From a virus, in the IMG/VR virus record IMGVR_UViG_3300020183_000001, positions 1 to 64,000 of that record: 64,000 nt of DNA; one strand, given 5' to 3'. The position numbers and the translations under genes are program-made. The stretch's first letter is position 1. Each line of letters begins with the position of its first letter. The notes below the pieces were generated by a model. It was not told the DNA's origin, made no database searches, and saw only the letters and a program-made list of their open reading frames with translations. Below, one piece after another: positions 35,432-44,389 of the stretch.

Positions 35432-35480
35432 TAACTGGGACAGGGTTTGCACCTGTCCTCCCGCTTTAACGGATCAGTTA
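35432..35480 (-). ncRNA. family 4 mini tRNA-like three-way junction, copy 2
   Basis: TAACTG-A-TCCGT TAAA GCGGG-A-GGACAGG TGCAAAC CCTGTCC-CAGTTA. Confidence 0.65.
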
Positions 35481-35641
35481 AGAGACCTAAACTTAATTAA
35501 AGCCTCACGAATTGCTTCTTGTACCCAGTGCTTTGGTACTGGATACAGCTGCCATTGCTTCCACGTCTCAAAAACAAGACGCCGTTCGACAGCTGAAAGA
35601 TGTTTGTAGCTCACAGGAATCTCCTGTTGTGCGGTACCCAT
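35474..35641 (-). CDS. hypothetical protein (55 aa)
   Basis: Start MGTAQ inside a 30-bp repeat. Confidence 0.55.
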   Translation of the reverse strand: MGTAQQEIPVSYKHLSAVERRLVFETWKQWQLYPVPKHWVQEAIREALIKFRSLN

Positions 35642-35657
35642 TTCCGCTGGGGGTAAT

Positions 35658-35686
35658 GCTACGGTTTAACGTCCATCAGCTAGACG
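35658..35686 (-). repeat. family 1 pseudoknot element, divergent copy 7
   Basis: CGTC-TAGCTGATG-GACG-TTAAAC-CGTAGC. Confidence 0.65.
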
Positions 35687-35767
35687 TGAATCGCTGAGAT
35701 CCCTTGCTACGACTGGGTTCTAAGAACGACAGTCATTCCTGAACCGCTACCTCGCGGGAGGTTCCCC

Positions 35768-35800
35768 ATATCCACATACTTTTCCACAGGGTGTGGAAAA
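35768..35800. promoter_or_regulatory. DnaA-box-like cluster
   Basis: TTTTCCACA (35780-88), inverted TGTGGAAAA (35792-800), ATATCCACA (35768-76). Confidence 0.45.
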
Positions 35801-35835
35801 CGTAGTCAGATGTGTGGGTTCCCTGACATGCGGTG

Positions 35836-35895
35836 TGCAGGTTAGTGAGAGCTGCATAAACCCCTGCCGTAAAGACGACAGGGGAAGAGGCAACT
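35836..35895 (-). repeat. family 3 structured element, copy 4
   Basis: AGTTGC-CTCT-TCCCCTGTCGT..ACGGCAGGGG-TTTA-TGCAGCT..CTGCA. Confidence 0.65.
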
Positions 35896-35896
35896 A

Positions 35897-36178
35897 TCAG
35901 ATCTTGTGAATCACAACGATCTTCAACCCGTCCTTGTCTTGGTAAATGCGCATGCTCAGCTTATCGCTTTGCATGTCACATACCACTTGGAACAAGTACT
36001 GAGGCTGGCATACCTGACGCAGATCGCTATAAACAAAGTCGGCGGAGCCAAGCTCCTCCAACATCTGGTAAGCAAATTCCACATAGTTGCGGAAAAGCTC
36101 AGCATTCTGTTGCGTCGGACGCTCACCAACTTGCTGGCGCCAGTCGTGTTGCCAACGCTTAGCCTGTTTCGTTTGCAT
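35897..36178 (-). CDS. hypothetical protein, first gene of the leftward arm
   Basis: 93-aa ORF ending next to family 3 copy 4. Confidence 0.55.
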   Translation of the reverse strand: MQTKQAKRWQHDWRQQVGERPTQQNAELFRNYVEFAYQMLEELGSADFVYSDLRQVCQPQYLFQVVCDMQSDKLSMRIYQDKDGLKIVVIHKI

Positions 36179-36438
36179 TGAATTAAACGCGATGGATTAC
36201 CTGCGTTGCACGGATGCGCAGCCCCCGTTACACTTATATACCTACACACCTATTCTTTTTTTCTACCCACAACTCACTACGTATATGTATGTGGAGAACA
36301 CTCAGACAATTATTACCCCAAAAGGGTTAAAAAGTTGGTACCCTCATCTGTAATAATGAGTATTTATACTTAAAAAAATATATAAAATACCCATTTGTAC
36401 ACCAAAAGTGCACGTAGCCCAAACTTTTACACAAAAAT

Positions 36439-36461
36439 GCCGGGGTTATTTATGCCCCGGC
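36439..36461 (-). terminator. intrinsic terminator
   Basis: GCCGGGG/CCCCGGC hairpin then ATTTTTGT, downstream of gene 36486. Confidence 0.6.
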
Positions 36462-36485
36462 TTGGTTAATAAACTTTACTTATGT

Positions 36486-36707
36486 TTATTTTTGTTTTTT
36501 ACTCATGTAAGCTTTGGTTGCACCCACTGCTTTTCTAAATGCTTCTTCATCTGGAAGCCCATATGCCAATTCTTTTTTTGCTTCGGTTACAAAATCACGC
36601 ACTTCTAGCGAATCGCGTCCAGTTTTAGCCATATCCATGGCTTTTTCTTTAATTTTCTCCAGGGCTTCTACCCGTTGTTGGCGCACACCTGCGTCCATTT
36701 CACACAT
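36486..36707 (-). CDS. hypothetical helical protein
   Basis: MDAGVRQQRVEALEKIK... Confidence 0.65.
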   Translation of the reverse strand: MCEMDAGVRQQRVEALEKIKEKAMDMAKTGRDSLEVRDFVTEAKKELAYGLPDEEAFRKAVGATKAYMSKKQK

Positions 36708-36799
36708 TACTTCTGTATTTAAATAATATAACGTACGTACGCTCCAGATTTCTAAACAATAGAATGTAAAAAGATTAAAAGTCGGTTTAAAAGTAATAA

Positions 36800-39700
36800 A
36801 TGGCGCTTTCTCAAGCTGATTTCTACGCTTACAGTCGTGCCACTGGTGCTCCTGTCCCAGAAGATCCCAGGGAACGGGCAGAGATGGCGCCCGAAGTACT
36901 GGCATTCCGCCGTAATCAGCTCAAAGCACCTGAACAACAGGGTCCAGACCCCTTATCTGTAGGAATTGGGGTAGGTTTGGCTCTTGCTGGAGCAGGTGGA
37001 GCATATTTTGGTGCGCGTCGGTTGATGCGTGCGCCAAAACAAGCTGCAAACGCAGGCGTTCGTGTAGCAGATATTAAAGAAGCAGTTGCGCGAACTCCTG
37101 ATGTAACAAAAGTTTCTAAAACTTACACACCTGACCCTTCTAAAGTTGCAACACCGTCAACTGTTGCAGTAGATATACCAGATCCCTGGAGCGATGCAGA
37201 AACAAAATTTACACCACGTTCTTTTTTAGAAGAGCGAGGTTCAGTTGCTCCACGTGTAGACGTTATTGATAATGCCGATCTTACTTCTAAACAAAAACAG
37301 TTAGGTCCTTCACTAACTGATCAAACATACGACGCAGTTGAGTCGGGTATTAATCAAGAAGAACAACGAATTGACGTTAAACTTCAACGTCATACAGGTG
37401 TTGATGTTCCAGAAGTAGATATTCCTCAAGTAGAGGATACTTTTGAAGCATATGGTTTATTACCACCTGTCCAACGTACTTTAACAAAAGAAGAAAAAGA
37501 AGCAAAGATATTTGCACGTTTAGAAACAGAAGCATTAAAACTTGGCAAGACAACGCATTCAGCAGCTAATCCCTTTGGACCAGAAGGAAAACGCATTCCC
37601 CCTGGGCCATTGCTATATCCTTCTCAGATTCCCGCACAAGAAGGTCAAACGGTTGCAGGTGTTTCAAGCCCTACTCGTGAGTTTTTAAGTGCATATGCAC
37701 AAGGTGATCCCCGCGTACAAGATGTTGTTCGACGTGAAAATGTTACAGGGTTTGAACGGATTAAAACTTATGGCGGCGTAAAAGGAGCTTCTTTATTAGA
37801 AGGTGATGTTTTTGATCCTTTATCTGGTGAGTTAATTTCTCAAGGAGAGCAAATTTCTGGTACTGGAAAAACTAAACAGGTACTTAATCCTGCCTGGACC
37901 GAGGCGTATAAAACATATTGGGAACGTCGCGCAGCAGAACTTCCGCATACCCTTGATGATTATGAGGCACGTAAAGCTGTTGGTAAATTAAATTATCAAT
38001 TACCTGCAGAAGAACAAACTGAAAACAATAATGCACAAATGTTTGCAAAGTGGGATAAACAAACATCAGGAGCTTTGCAAGAATTGTATGCTGAAACAGT
38101 TGGTGATACGCCTCAATACATTACCGAGATTGTAGAACCCAAAACAAGTTTTGCGGGAACCGAAACCCAATATCGTGGACAAGCTGGAACAACAGGCGAA
38201 ACAACTGGTGCACCTGTGCCCGTATTAAATCCAAAAGGGATTGTCTTTGGTGCTCGAAAAAAAGAAGGACCATTTGTTTCTGTCGAAGAAAAGGCTCTTG
38301 CTCGCGCGGCGCAAGACCCCTCTTACGCTTCAGGAAAAGTACTTCGCTTTAAAGGAGAAGGCGGTTCAACCAAACTTGATGTAATGCCTCTTAGTTACGA
38401 TACTGAAGGCGATGTTCTTCTACCTTCTTCTGTTTCAGGCCAACAAGTTAGGGGTAAAGCAAAAGTAACGCGCACAGCCCTAGTTCCTTTACAAAAAGCT
38501 GTTTTAGTAAAAGACGCAAGAACGGGACAACAAAAAACACAACTTGTTAATTTTTCTGTTGATTTAATGGCTCCTGTTGGTACGCGCACGGGTATAGATG
38601 AATCAGGCAAAGAAATTGCAAAAACAGTAACTTTACAAGAAGCTGTTAATGATTTACGTAATTATCACGGAAATGATTACGCATCTTTAAATCGTGATGT
38701 AGATGCATTGTTAAAACGTACTCATAATGCTTATGACGTTCCAGTAATGACACGAAGTGCGTTTGATAAATATGACGAAGGACGCAACGAGTTTATTCGT
38801 ATGCTTTCTGGTAGTCAATATGAAGCAAAAGAATATGGGTTTTTAACATCTGTAGAAGGACAAAAATTACCCTACACAGGACCTATTGGTCCAGGTCAAA
38901 AAGGAAATAGAGCCGAAAACGTAGCAAATGCACGTTTAATGCTTTCACAAGCAGGTGTTCCTTTGGATAAACTCTCTGATTATTTACCTGATCTAGAAGA
39001 GTTGGGAGAAACTCCTCGTGTTGAAACAACATCTAAACGTGACCTTGGAATTCCCAAGCCAGATGTTATGTCAACTGGTACAGATTTGGGTATTCTTACC
39101 AGTACATATGAACGTATTTCTCCCAGGATGGGAGGTGCTGTCACAAGTCAATTAAGAGATTTAATTTCTAAAGGTGCCAAAGTTGAAAATATTGATGGTA
39201 ATGTAATTTATTCAACTGAACGAGGTAAGGTTTCTTATCCAGAAAATCAATTAATTCAAACTTTAAAATCAGAAAACCAAGACGCACCTTCTATTGCTGC
39301 TTTAGTTGGCAGATCTATTGCTACAGAAAAAACTGATCCTTTAGCTATTCGCAAAGAACCAAGCGTTCTTGCACAAGAGCGAGGTAGTGAAACTGGTTAT
39401 TATTACGACGAAGCTGGTCAACGGCGTAAAGAGCCTGTTACAACTCCCTGGGGCTCTTTTACAGGAGCAGCTCGTTTTGCTGCTGGTCCAGCTTCCGTTG
39501 CTTCCATGGGAACGTATCCACAAGGAGGCAGTCGGGTACGCGTAAAAACTTCGCCTACAGATTTAAGTCAACTTCAAGAACGTAATCAATTTGCTTTAAC
39601 TGCTAACCTTACTCCTGGTGGAACAGTTCGTCAAGGTGCAATAAACCTGGGCGGCGGCCTTGGTTCAATTGCAGCAGGTATTGAATCGTTACCTAGTGAA

Positions 39701-40018
39701 TCGGCAACGATTGAGCGCTATGGTGTAACCGGCGGACAACTCAAACAAGTTGGAGAAACTCTTATGTCTCGTGCTGCACAAAAAAAAGCATCACAACAAA
39801 CCGCAGCTTCCTTGCCTATTAATCAAGAAGAGATTGCCCGTGACCGAGCAACCGCACAACATCTAGCTAATTACATTACAGCAGCAGCTCAACGTTTGGA
39901 AGGCCCAGAGACTTGGCAAGGTGATGTTAAGCTAAAAGGCAGGGGTCAGAGTGCGTTAAGACCGTATCAAGCACCTTCTGAAGCAATGCTTCAACAATTA
40001 ATGCGTGCGTATCGTTAA
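36800..40018 (+). CDS. large (1072 aa) probable internal virion protein
   Basis: Start of the late arm; N-terminal GxGxxxAG hydrophobic segment; no enzyme motif seen. Confidence 0.7.
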   Translation: MALSQADFYAYSRATGAPVPEDPRERAEMAPEVLAFRRNQLKAPEQQGPDPLSVGIGVGLALAGAGGAYFGARRLMRAPKQAANAGVRVADIKEAVARTPDVTKVSKTYTPDPSKVATPSTVAVDIPDPWSDAETKFTPRSFLEERGSVAPRVDVIDNADLTSKQKQLGPSLTDQTYDAVESGINQEEQRIDVKLQRHTGVDVPEVDIPQVEDTFEAYGLLPPVQRTLTKEEKEAKIFARLETEALKLGKTTHSAANPFGPEGKRIPPGPLLYPSQIPAQEGQTVAGVSSPTREFLSAYAQGDPRVQDVVRRENVTGFERIKTYGGVKGASLLEGDVFDPLSGELISQGEQISGTGKTKQVLNPAWTEAYKTYWERRAAELPHTLDDYEARKAVGKLNYQLPAEEQTENNNAQMFAKWDKQTSGALQELYAETVGDTPQYITEIVEPKTSFAGTETQYRGQAGTTGETTGAPVPVLNPKGIVFGARKKEGPFVSVEEKALARAAQDPSYASGKVLRFKGEGGSTKLDVMPLSYDTEGDVLLPSSVSGQQVRGKAKVTRTALVPLQKAVLVKDARTGQQKTQLVNFSVDLMAPVGTRTGIDESGKEIAKTVTLQEAVNDLRNYHGNDYASLNRDVDALLKRTHNAYDVPVMTRSAFDKYDEGRNEFIRMLSGSQYEAKEYGFLTSVEGQKLPYTGPIGPGQKGNRAENVANARLMLSQAGVPLDKLSDYLPDLEELGETPRVETTSKRDLGIPKPDVMSTGTDLGILTSTYERISPRMGGAVTSQLRDLISKGAKVENIDGNVIYSTERGKVSYPENQLIQTLKSENQDAPSIAALVGRSIATEKTDPLAIRKEPSVLAQERGSETGYYYDEAGQRRKEPVTTPWGSFTGAARFAAGPASVASMGTYPQGGSRVRVKTSPTDLSQLQERNQFALTANLTPGGTVRQGAINLGGGLGSIAAGIESLPSESATIERYGVTGGQLKQVGETLMSRAAQKKASQQTAASLPINQEEIARDRATAQHLANYITAAAQRLEGPETWQGDVKLKGRGQSALRPYQAPSEAMLQQLMRAYR

Positions 40019-40020
40019 TT

Positions 40021-40239
40021 ATGGCTGAAGAAAAGAAAAAAGAGAAAAAATGGATTCAAAAAGCTGATATTAAAGAAGGTGTTTTTACAGCTAAGGCTAA
40101 GCGTAAAGGAATTACTTCTGCTCAGCTCCAGGAGAACGTTCTTGCTAATCCTGAGAAGTACGACGAGCGTACGGTAAAACAAGCTAACCTTCGTAAAACT
40201 CTTGTAGGATTACATAACAAGAAAAAAAATAAAGAATGA
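40021..40239 (+). CDS. small basic protein
   Basis: KKWIQKADIKEGVFTAKAKR...ANLRKTL. Confidence 0.75.
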   Translation: MAEEKKKEKKWIQKADIKEGVFTAKAKRKGITSAQLQENVLANPEKYDERTVKQANLRKTLVGLHNKKKNKE

Positions 40240-40880
40240 AAGATGCACGCCTGGAGCTAGGTCGATACATATCCAATCCTTTTGATAACAAAGGACGAAT
40301 TCCGTCTCAGTTAAATTTTCGTGAGTTGTTTCGTGATAAATATGCAACGGAATATGGTGGCTCCCCCTGGGTACCGTCTCGATATACTTTTGAAGATTTA
40401 ACTAAGGCCGTTCAAAATCGTAAAGTAATTCATAATCCCCGTCTTAACTACGTTTCTAATTCTCCTTTTTGGGATGACAAGAACGAGCTTCCTCAAGAAG
40501 GGTATGAAATGTTCCAGGGGCTGGGGCGATTTAAAAGAACTGATTATAACTTTGATGAAGGCCGCGCTTTAACACGTGTGCGCCCAGAAGAACAACCAGA
40601 TTTTAATCCTGGCTGGATAGAAGCTTATAAGTTAAGTCCTACAGTGCGCCCTGATAAACGCGCTAAAAATCCTATGCCACGTACCAGGAATCCAGATCCA
40701 AATGGATTCATTATGCAGCTTGCAGAAAAGCGTGCAGAAAATGAATTTAAAGATAACGTATCTGTTGCACAACTTCTTGCTGACAAAAAATTAAACCCAA
40801 CAGAAGAACGGGTTGGCCAAGAAAAAATTACGGAAGAAGAAGAAAACATATCTCCGGGCAAGACGATTACAACAACGTAA
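40236..40880 (+). CDS. hypothetical protein
   Basis: ATGA-coupled late ORF. Confidence 0.75.
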   Translation: MKDARLELGRYISNPFDNKGRIPSQLNFRELFRDKYATEYGGSPWVPSRYTFEDLTKAVQNRKVIHNPRLNYVSNSPFWDDKNELPQEGYEMFQGLGRFKRTDYNFDEGRALTRVRPEEQPDFNPGWIEAYKLSPTVRPDKRAKNPMPRTRNPDPNGFIMQLAEKRAENEFKDNVSVAQLLADKKLNPTEERVGQEKITEEEENISPGKTITTT

Positions 40881-40910
40881 AATAAGTACAGAATCATAAG
40901 TTAGATATCT

Positions 40911-41528
40911 GTGGTTAAAGCGCAACCCCTAAAAAATTTATTGTCTTTTTTAAGGTTAGGTAGCCCCGGCTCTAAAGGAGCTGCTCAGTCTGCTGCAATG
41001 GGAGCTGGTTTAAGTGGAGCTGTAGGTTTATTAACGGGTGGTCCAGTAGAGGCATTGGCTTATGGTGCAGGAGATTTTTTAATTAACTATCCTATTCTTA
41101 GGGCGACACGTAAAGTATTTAAACCAACACCTAAACAGATTTTAGATAAAAAAACTAATAAATACGTAGAAGCACCAGGCGACCCTCATTTTGTTGAGAA
41201 TATTGTTAACGTTGGCGCTTCTCTTGGCGCAAGCCAATTGATTGGAAGTATGCTGCCACAACGCGTTGAATCTGTTCAACCTGATGCACAACAGTTTTTA
41301 GCGCAACAAGCTCAACAAGTTATTCCTCAAGTTGAATCTCAAGCGGCGCAAAATACTCAACAAATGATTCAACGATCTCGTGTAAACAGTCTTCCGTTGG
41401 GTAGTCTTGATGTTGCTCCCAACACAATGTATCAAACACAAGGAATTGAACATACCGCTTTTCATTATCCTGGTTTGACGTTGCCTCCTGAACTACTCGC
41501 TCAGTTGCAAGAGCAAGGAATGACATAG
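40911..41528 (+). CDS. probable virion protein (Gly/Ala/Gln-rich)
   Basis: Composition and late context. Confidence 0.7.
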   Translation: MVKAQPLKNLLSFLRLGSPGSKGAAQSAAMGAGLSGAVGLLTGGPVEALAYGAGDFLINYPILRATRKVFKPTPKQILDKKTNKYVEAPGDPHFVENIVNVGASLGASQLIGSMLPQRVESVQPDAQQFLAQQAQQVIPQVESQAAQNTQQMIQRSRVNSLPLGSLDVAPNTMYQTQGIEHTAFHYPGLTLPPELLAQLQEQGMT

Positions 41529-41530
41529 TT

Positions 41531-42493
41531 ATGTTAAAGCAATATCAAGGTTTTCGTGGTGGTGTCAGAGCTGCTCAACAATCTTTAGAAACCTTAGGAA
41601 CGGGCAAGTCTTATCGTCCAAGGCGTAATATTTTTTATGATCCAGAGTTTAGGGAGGATATTAAAAAAGCAGGGATTAGTAAAGAAACACCGTTAGCTTT
41701 TCTTGGTGCATATGCAACACGTCTTGGTGCTGACTTAACCACTGATGAGTTGCGTTCATTGTATTGGCAAATGAGTCATCCATTGGAGATGGCTGATCAA
41801 ACAATGCGTAAAGTTGTTGATCCAGATAAGCAACTTGGTTACGCACGTGGCTTGCTTGCATTAACTGCTATTGCTCCAGCCGCAGCTCTTACTGGTGCAT
41901 ACAACCCATTAAACATTGGAGAGTTAGGTAGGCCAACTGGTTACAAGCAAAATGCTCCTGACCCAGAAGATCCAACTAAAACAACAGAACCTGGTACTGA
42001 ACTGTTTCAACGTTTCTTCCAAGGAAGAACAGGTCGTCCTTTAGCTTTTGAGAAAGCTCGTGAAGAAATTCCTGATTTAACAAAGCAACGGTATGCCAAT
42101 TACATGAATTTTCTTTATAACGATCCTGGTCCAATTGGTAAGGCAACTATGGGTATTGTTAAAGTTACACCAGAGAACCTTCAGGGCGACCCAGAGGCCC
42201 GTGTTCTTGGTTACCCGGTCAGTATCCCTTCTGTTACTGCACTAGCTGGTGGCATCACTGGGTCACGTATGGGAATCCTTTCTTCTCCCACTGTTGAGCG
42301 AACTGTCCAGCCAAGCCTGCTCAAAGGTGAGAGGGCGACTATTACTCGGACGATGGGAAGAAAAAGCCCAGTTCTTGTGCGTGGTTTAGCAGGCGGAGCA
42401 ATTGGATCTGCCGCTGGTGCAATTGCAGGTGTTCTTGTCAACCAGGCTATTGCTGCCGCTGGCAATACACAAGATAAATTACCGATGCAATAA
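41531..42493 (+). CDS. probable virion protein with glycine-zipper-like helices
   Basis: GLAGGAIGSAAGAIAG. Confidence 0.75.
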   Translation: MLKQYQGFRGGVRAAQQSLETLGTGKSYRPRRNIFYDPEFREDIKKAGISKETPLAFLGAYATRLGADLTTDELRSLYWQMSHPLEMADQTMRKVVDPDKQLGYARGLLALTAIAPAAALTGAYNPLNIGELGRPTGYKQNAPDPEDPTKTTEPGTELFQRFFQGRTGRPLAFEKAREEIPDLTKQRYANYMNFLYNDPGPIGKATMGIVKVTPENLQGDPEARVLGYPVSIPSVTALAGGITGSRMGILSSPTVERTVQPSLLKGERATITRTMGRKSPVLVRGLAGGAIGSAAGAIAGVLVNQAIAAAGNTQDKLPMQ

Positions 42494-42539
42494 ATGTTGC
42501 TTCTGGTAGAATTTAAACATCTCAAGAAATATTATTAAT

Positions 42540-43367
42540 ATGGACGACGGGTCCTCTTTTGGGTATTTAAGAAACCTTGTAGCATCGCGTGAAAAAGGTG
42601 GACAAGGCGTAAACCCGCTTTTAATTCGTTCTTTGGGGCCAGAAAAAGCGCAGCAATTTCAACAGGGAGTTGGAAATATAGGTCCACAAGCAGAAGCAGT
42701 AAGAAAAGGATATATGAAGAAGCCTGGTGCATATAGCACTATTGCAGCAACCGCAGGTACTTCTGCTTTACAGGCGTTAGGTGGTGATCCTCTTGGTGCA
42801 GTTACTTCTATTCCTGGAACTTTAGCGGGAGGCGGAGCTGGAAGTCTTCTTGCAGGTCTTATGCCAAAAAGTATTCAACCTATTGCAAAAGCAGTCTTTC
42901 CTTTAATCGGCGCTACAGTTGGTGGTAGCGCATCAGAACAAGCTGCACGTGCGGGCCTTAATTATCTTGGAGCTAAAATTCCAGGGTCAGAAGAAGTTTC
43001 TGCAAAGAGTAAAGAAGAACGGGATCGTGAGTTTATTCGTGAGCAAGCAAGGAAAGATATTGAAACTCAATCACGGGCCGATCTTGCGCGTGACGTAGAG
43101 TATGCAAGGGCAATGCTGCCGTTAACAATTGAGCAAGAAAAAGCATTAATGCCTCTTCGAGAGCGCCTTATGCGTACACAACTTGTTAACCAACAGGCTC
43201 TCAACGCAAGTAACGCAGCCCTTTATCAACAAATGGGACGTAGTGCAACGATGGGTAAATACGTGTTAGGAGCACAAGCAGAAGCTGGAGCTACAACTCG
43301 CACACTATTATCCCAAAATCCATACGCTGGTTCTGTTCTTCAAGCTCCTCAAATTAGCTTTGGTTGA
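42540..43367 (+). CDS. probable virion/ejection protein
   Basis: Gly-rich hydrophobic segments plus Gln/Ala helices. Confidence 0.7.
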   Translation: MDDGSSFGYLRNLVASREKGGQGVNPLLIRSLGPEKAQQFQQGVGNIGPQAEAVRKGYMKKPGAYSTIAATAGTSALQALGGDPLGAVTSIPGTLAGGGAGSLLAGLMPKSIQPIAKAVFPLIGATVGGSASEQAARAGLNYLGAKIPGSEEVSAKSKEERDREFIREQARKDIETQSRADLARDVEYARAMLPLTIEQEKALMPLRERLMRTQLVNQQALNASNAALYQQMGRSATMGKYVLGAQAEAGATTRTLLSQNPYAGSVLQAPQISFG

Positions 43368-43369
43368 TC

Positions 43370-43819
43370 ATGGCTTTTTCTGATACTCTTTCTAAAGGTA
43401 ATCAAATAGGTATGTTTGGTTGGAATCCTCTTGCCAATATTCGCTCTCAAGAAGATTACAACAAATTACCTGACGATCTTAAAAAGGTTTATAATGAAGC
43501 TCTTGGGTACAGAAATATTGTTCGCGACTTAAACGAAACTCCAGATGAACGTCGCGAAAGATTGCAAGTTGAACTTGATGCACAAAAACAAATGCTTAAT
43601 TTTGCACAAGGCTTAGGCAAAGAATCTGTAAAAGAAGCATATAAATATTCAACACTTGCTAATATTCCTAAAACCATTGCTCAAGGTTTTGGTAATATTG
43701 CGGCAACAAATTTATATGCAGGCCAAGCTGTAGCAGATACTTTTGCTAAAACTCTTGCTAATTATCCCAGGGCGCAATTCGCTTCTTATCAGTTTCAGCC
43801 TGAAAAATACTTTGGGTAG
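43370..43819 (+). CDS. hypothetical protein
   Basis: Late operon ORF. Confidence 0.7.
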   Translation: MAFSDTLSKGNQIGMFGWNPLANIRSQEDYNKLPDDLKKVYNEALGYRNIVRDLNETPDERRERLQVELDAQKQMLNFAQGLGKESVKEAYKYSTLANIPKTIAQGFGNIAATNLYAGQAVADTFAKTLANYPRAQFASYQFQPEKYFG

Positions 43820-43825
43820 AATATA

Positions 43826-44380
43826 GTGAGTTACAGTTTTCCGTCATCATTTTCAACTTTTGATCCGTCAAAAGCTTTTTCTGGTGGTTATGGAAATTTT
43901 TCTAGCCTTGGCACGTTAAAAAGTGGAAGTGGAGGTGGAATGGATCCCTTAAGTCTTGGCCTTGGTTTGGGTGGCAGTTTGATTAGCGGTTTGTTTGGCA
44001 TGGGCCAGGCACAGACCTCTGCAAGCATTGCACAAGCGCAACTTGCCGCTCAGAACCAAGCTATTCTTGAAGGACGTGAGCAAACTAAAGCAGCTCTTGG
44101 TTCTTCAATGTGGGGACCTCTGTTTGCTGCTGGTGCAGGCGGTGATATTGCTTTTGGTCGAGAAAAAGCTGCTAAAAAATGGCTGCAAGGATCTTTTGCA
44201 GAGCGTCAACTTGGCCTTGGTTCAGAAGCAGCAAAACGTGAGCGCCTGGCACGCATTTCACCAGAATCGAAAGAAGCCGCTCAATTTGAAAACCGTTTGG
44301 CTATTGAGCGTTCTTTGGCCGAAAAACGCGCATTAACTGATGCGATGTTTGGTCGTACATCTTCTAGTTACTTTGCATAA
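43826..44380 (+). CDS. probable internal virion (pilot-like) protein
   Basis: MDPLSLGLGLGGSLISGLFG...AQAQLAAQ. Confidence 0.7.
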   Translation: MSYSFPSSFSTFDPSKAFSGGYGNFSSLGTLKSGSGGGMDPLSLGLGLGGSLISGLFGMGQAQTSASIAQAQLAAQNQAILEGREQTKAALGSSMWGPLFAAGAGGDIAFGREKAAKKWLQGSFAERQLGLGSEAAKRERLARISPESKEAAQFENRLAIERSLAEKRALTDAMFGRTSSSYFA

Positions 44381-44389
44381 GGAGAAAAT

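Noticed and set aside
15383-35686. Family 1 repeats as a CRISPR array or hammerhead ribozymes
   Set aside because: Copies are kilobases apart and separated by genes; no complete CUGANGA/GAAA three-stem core.
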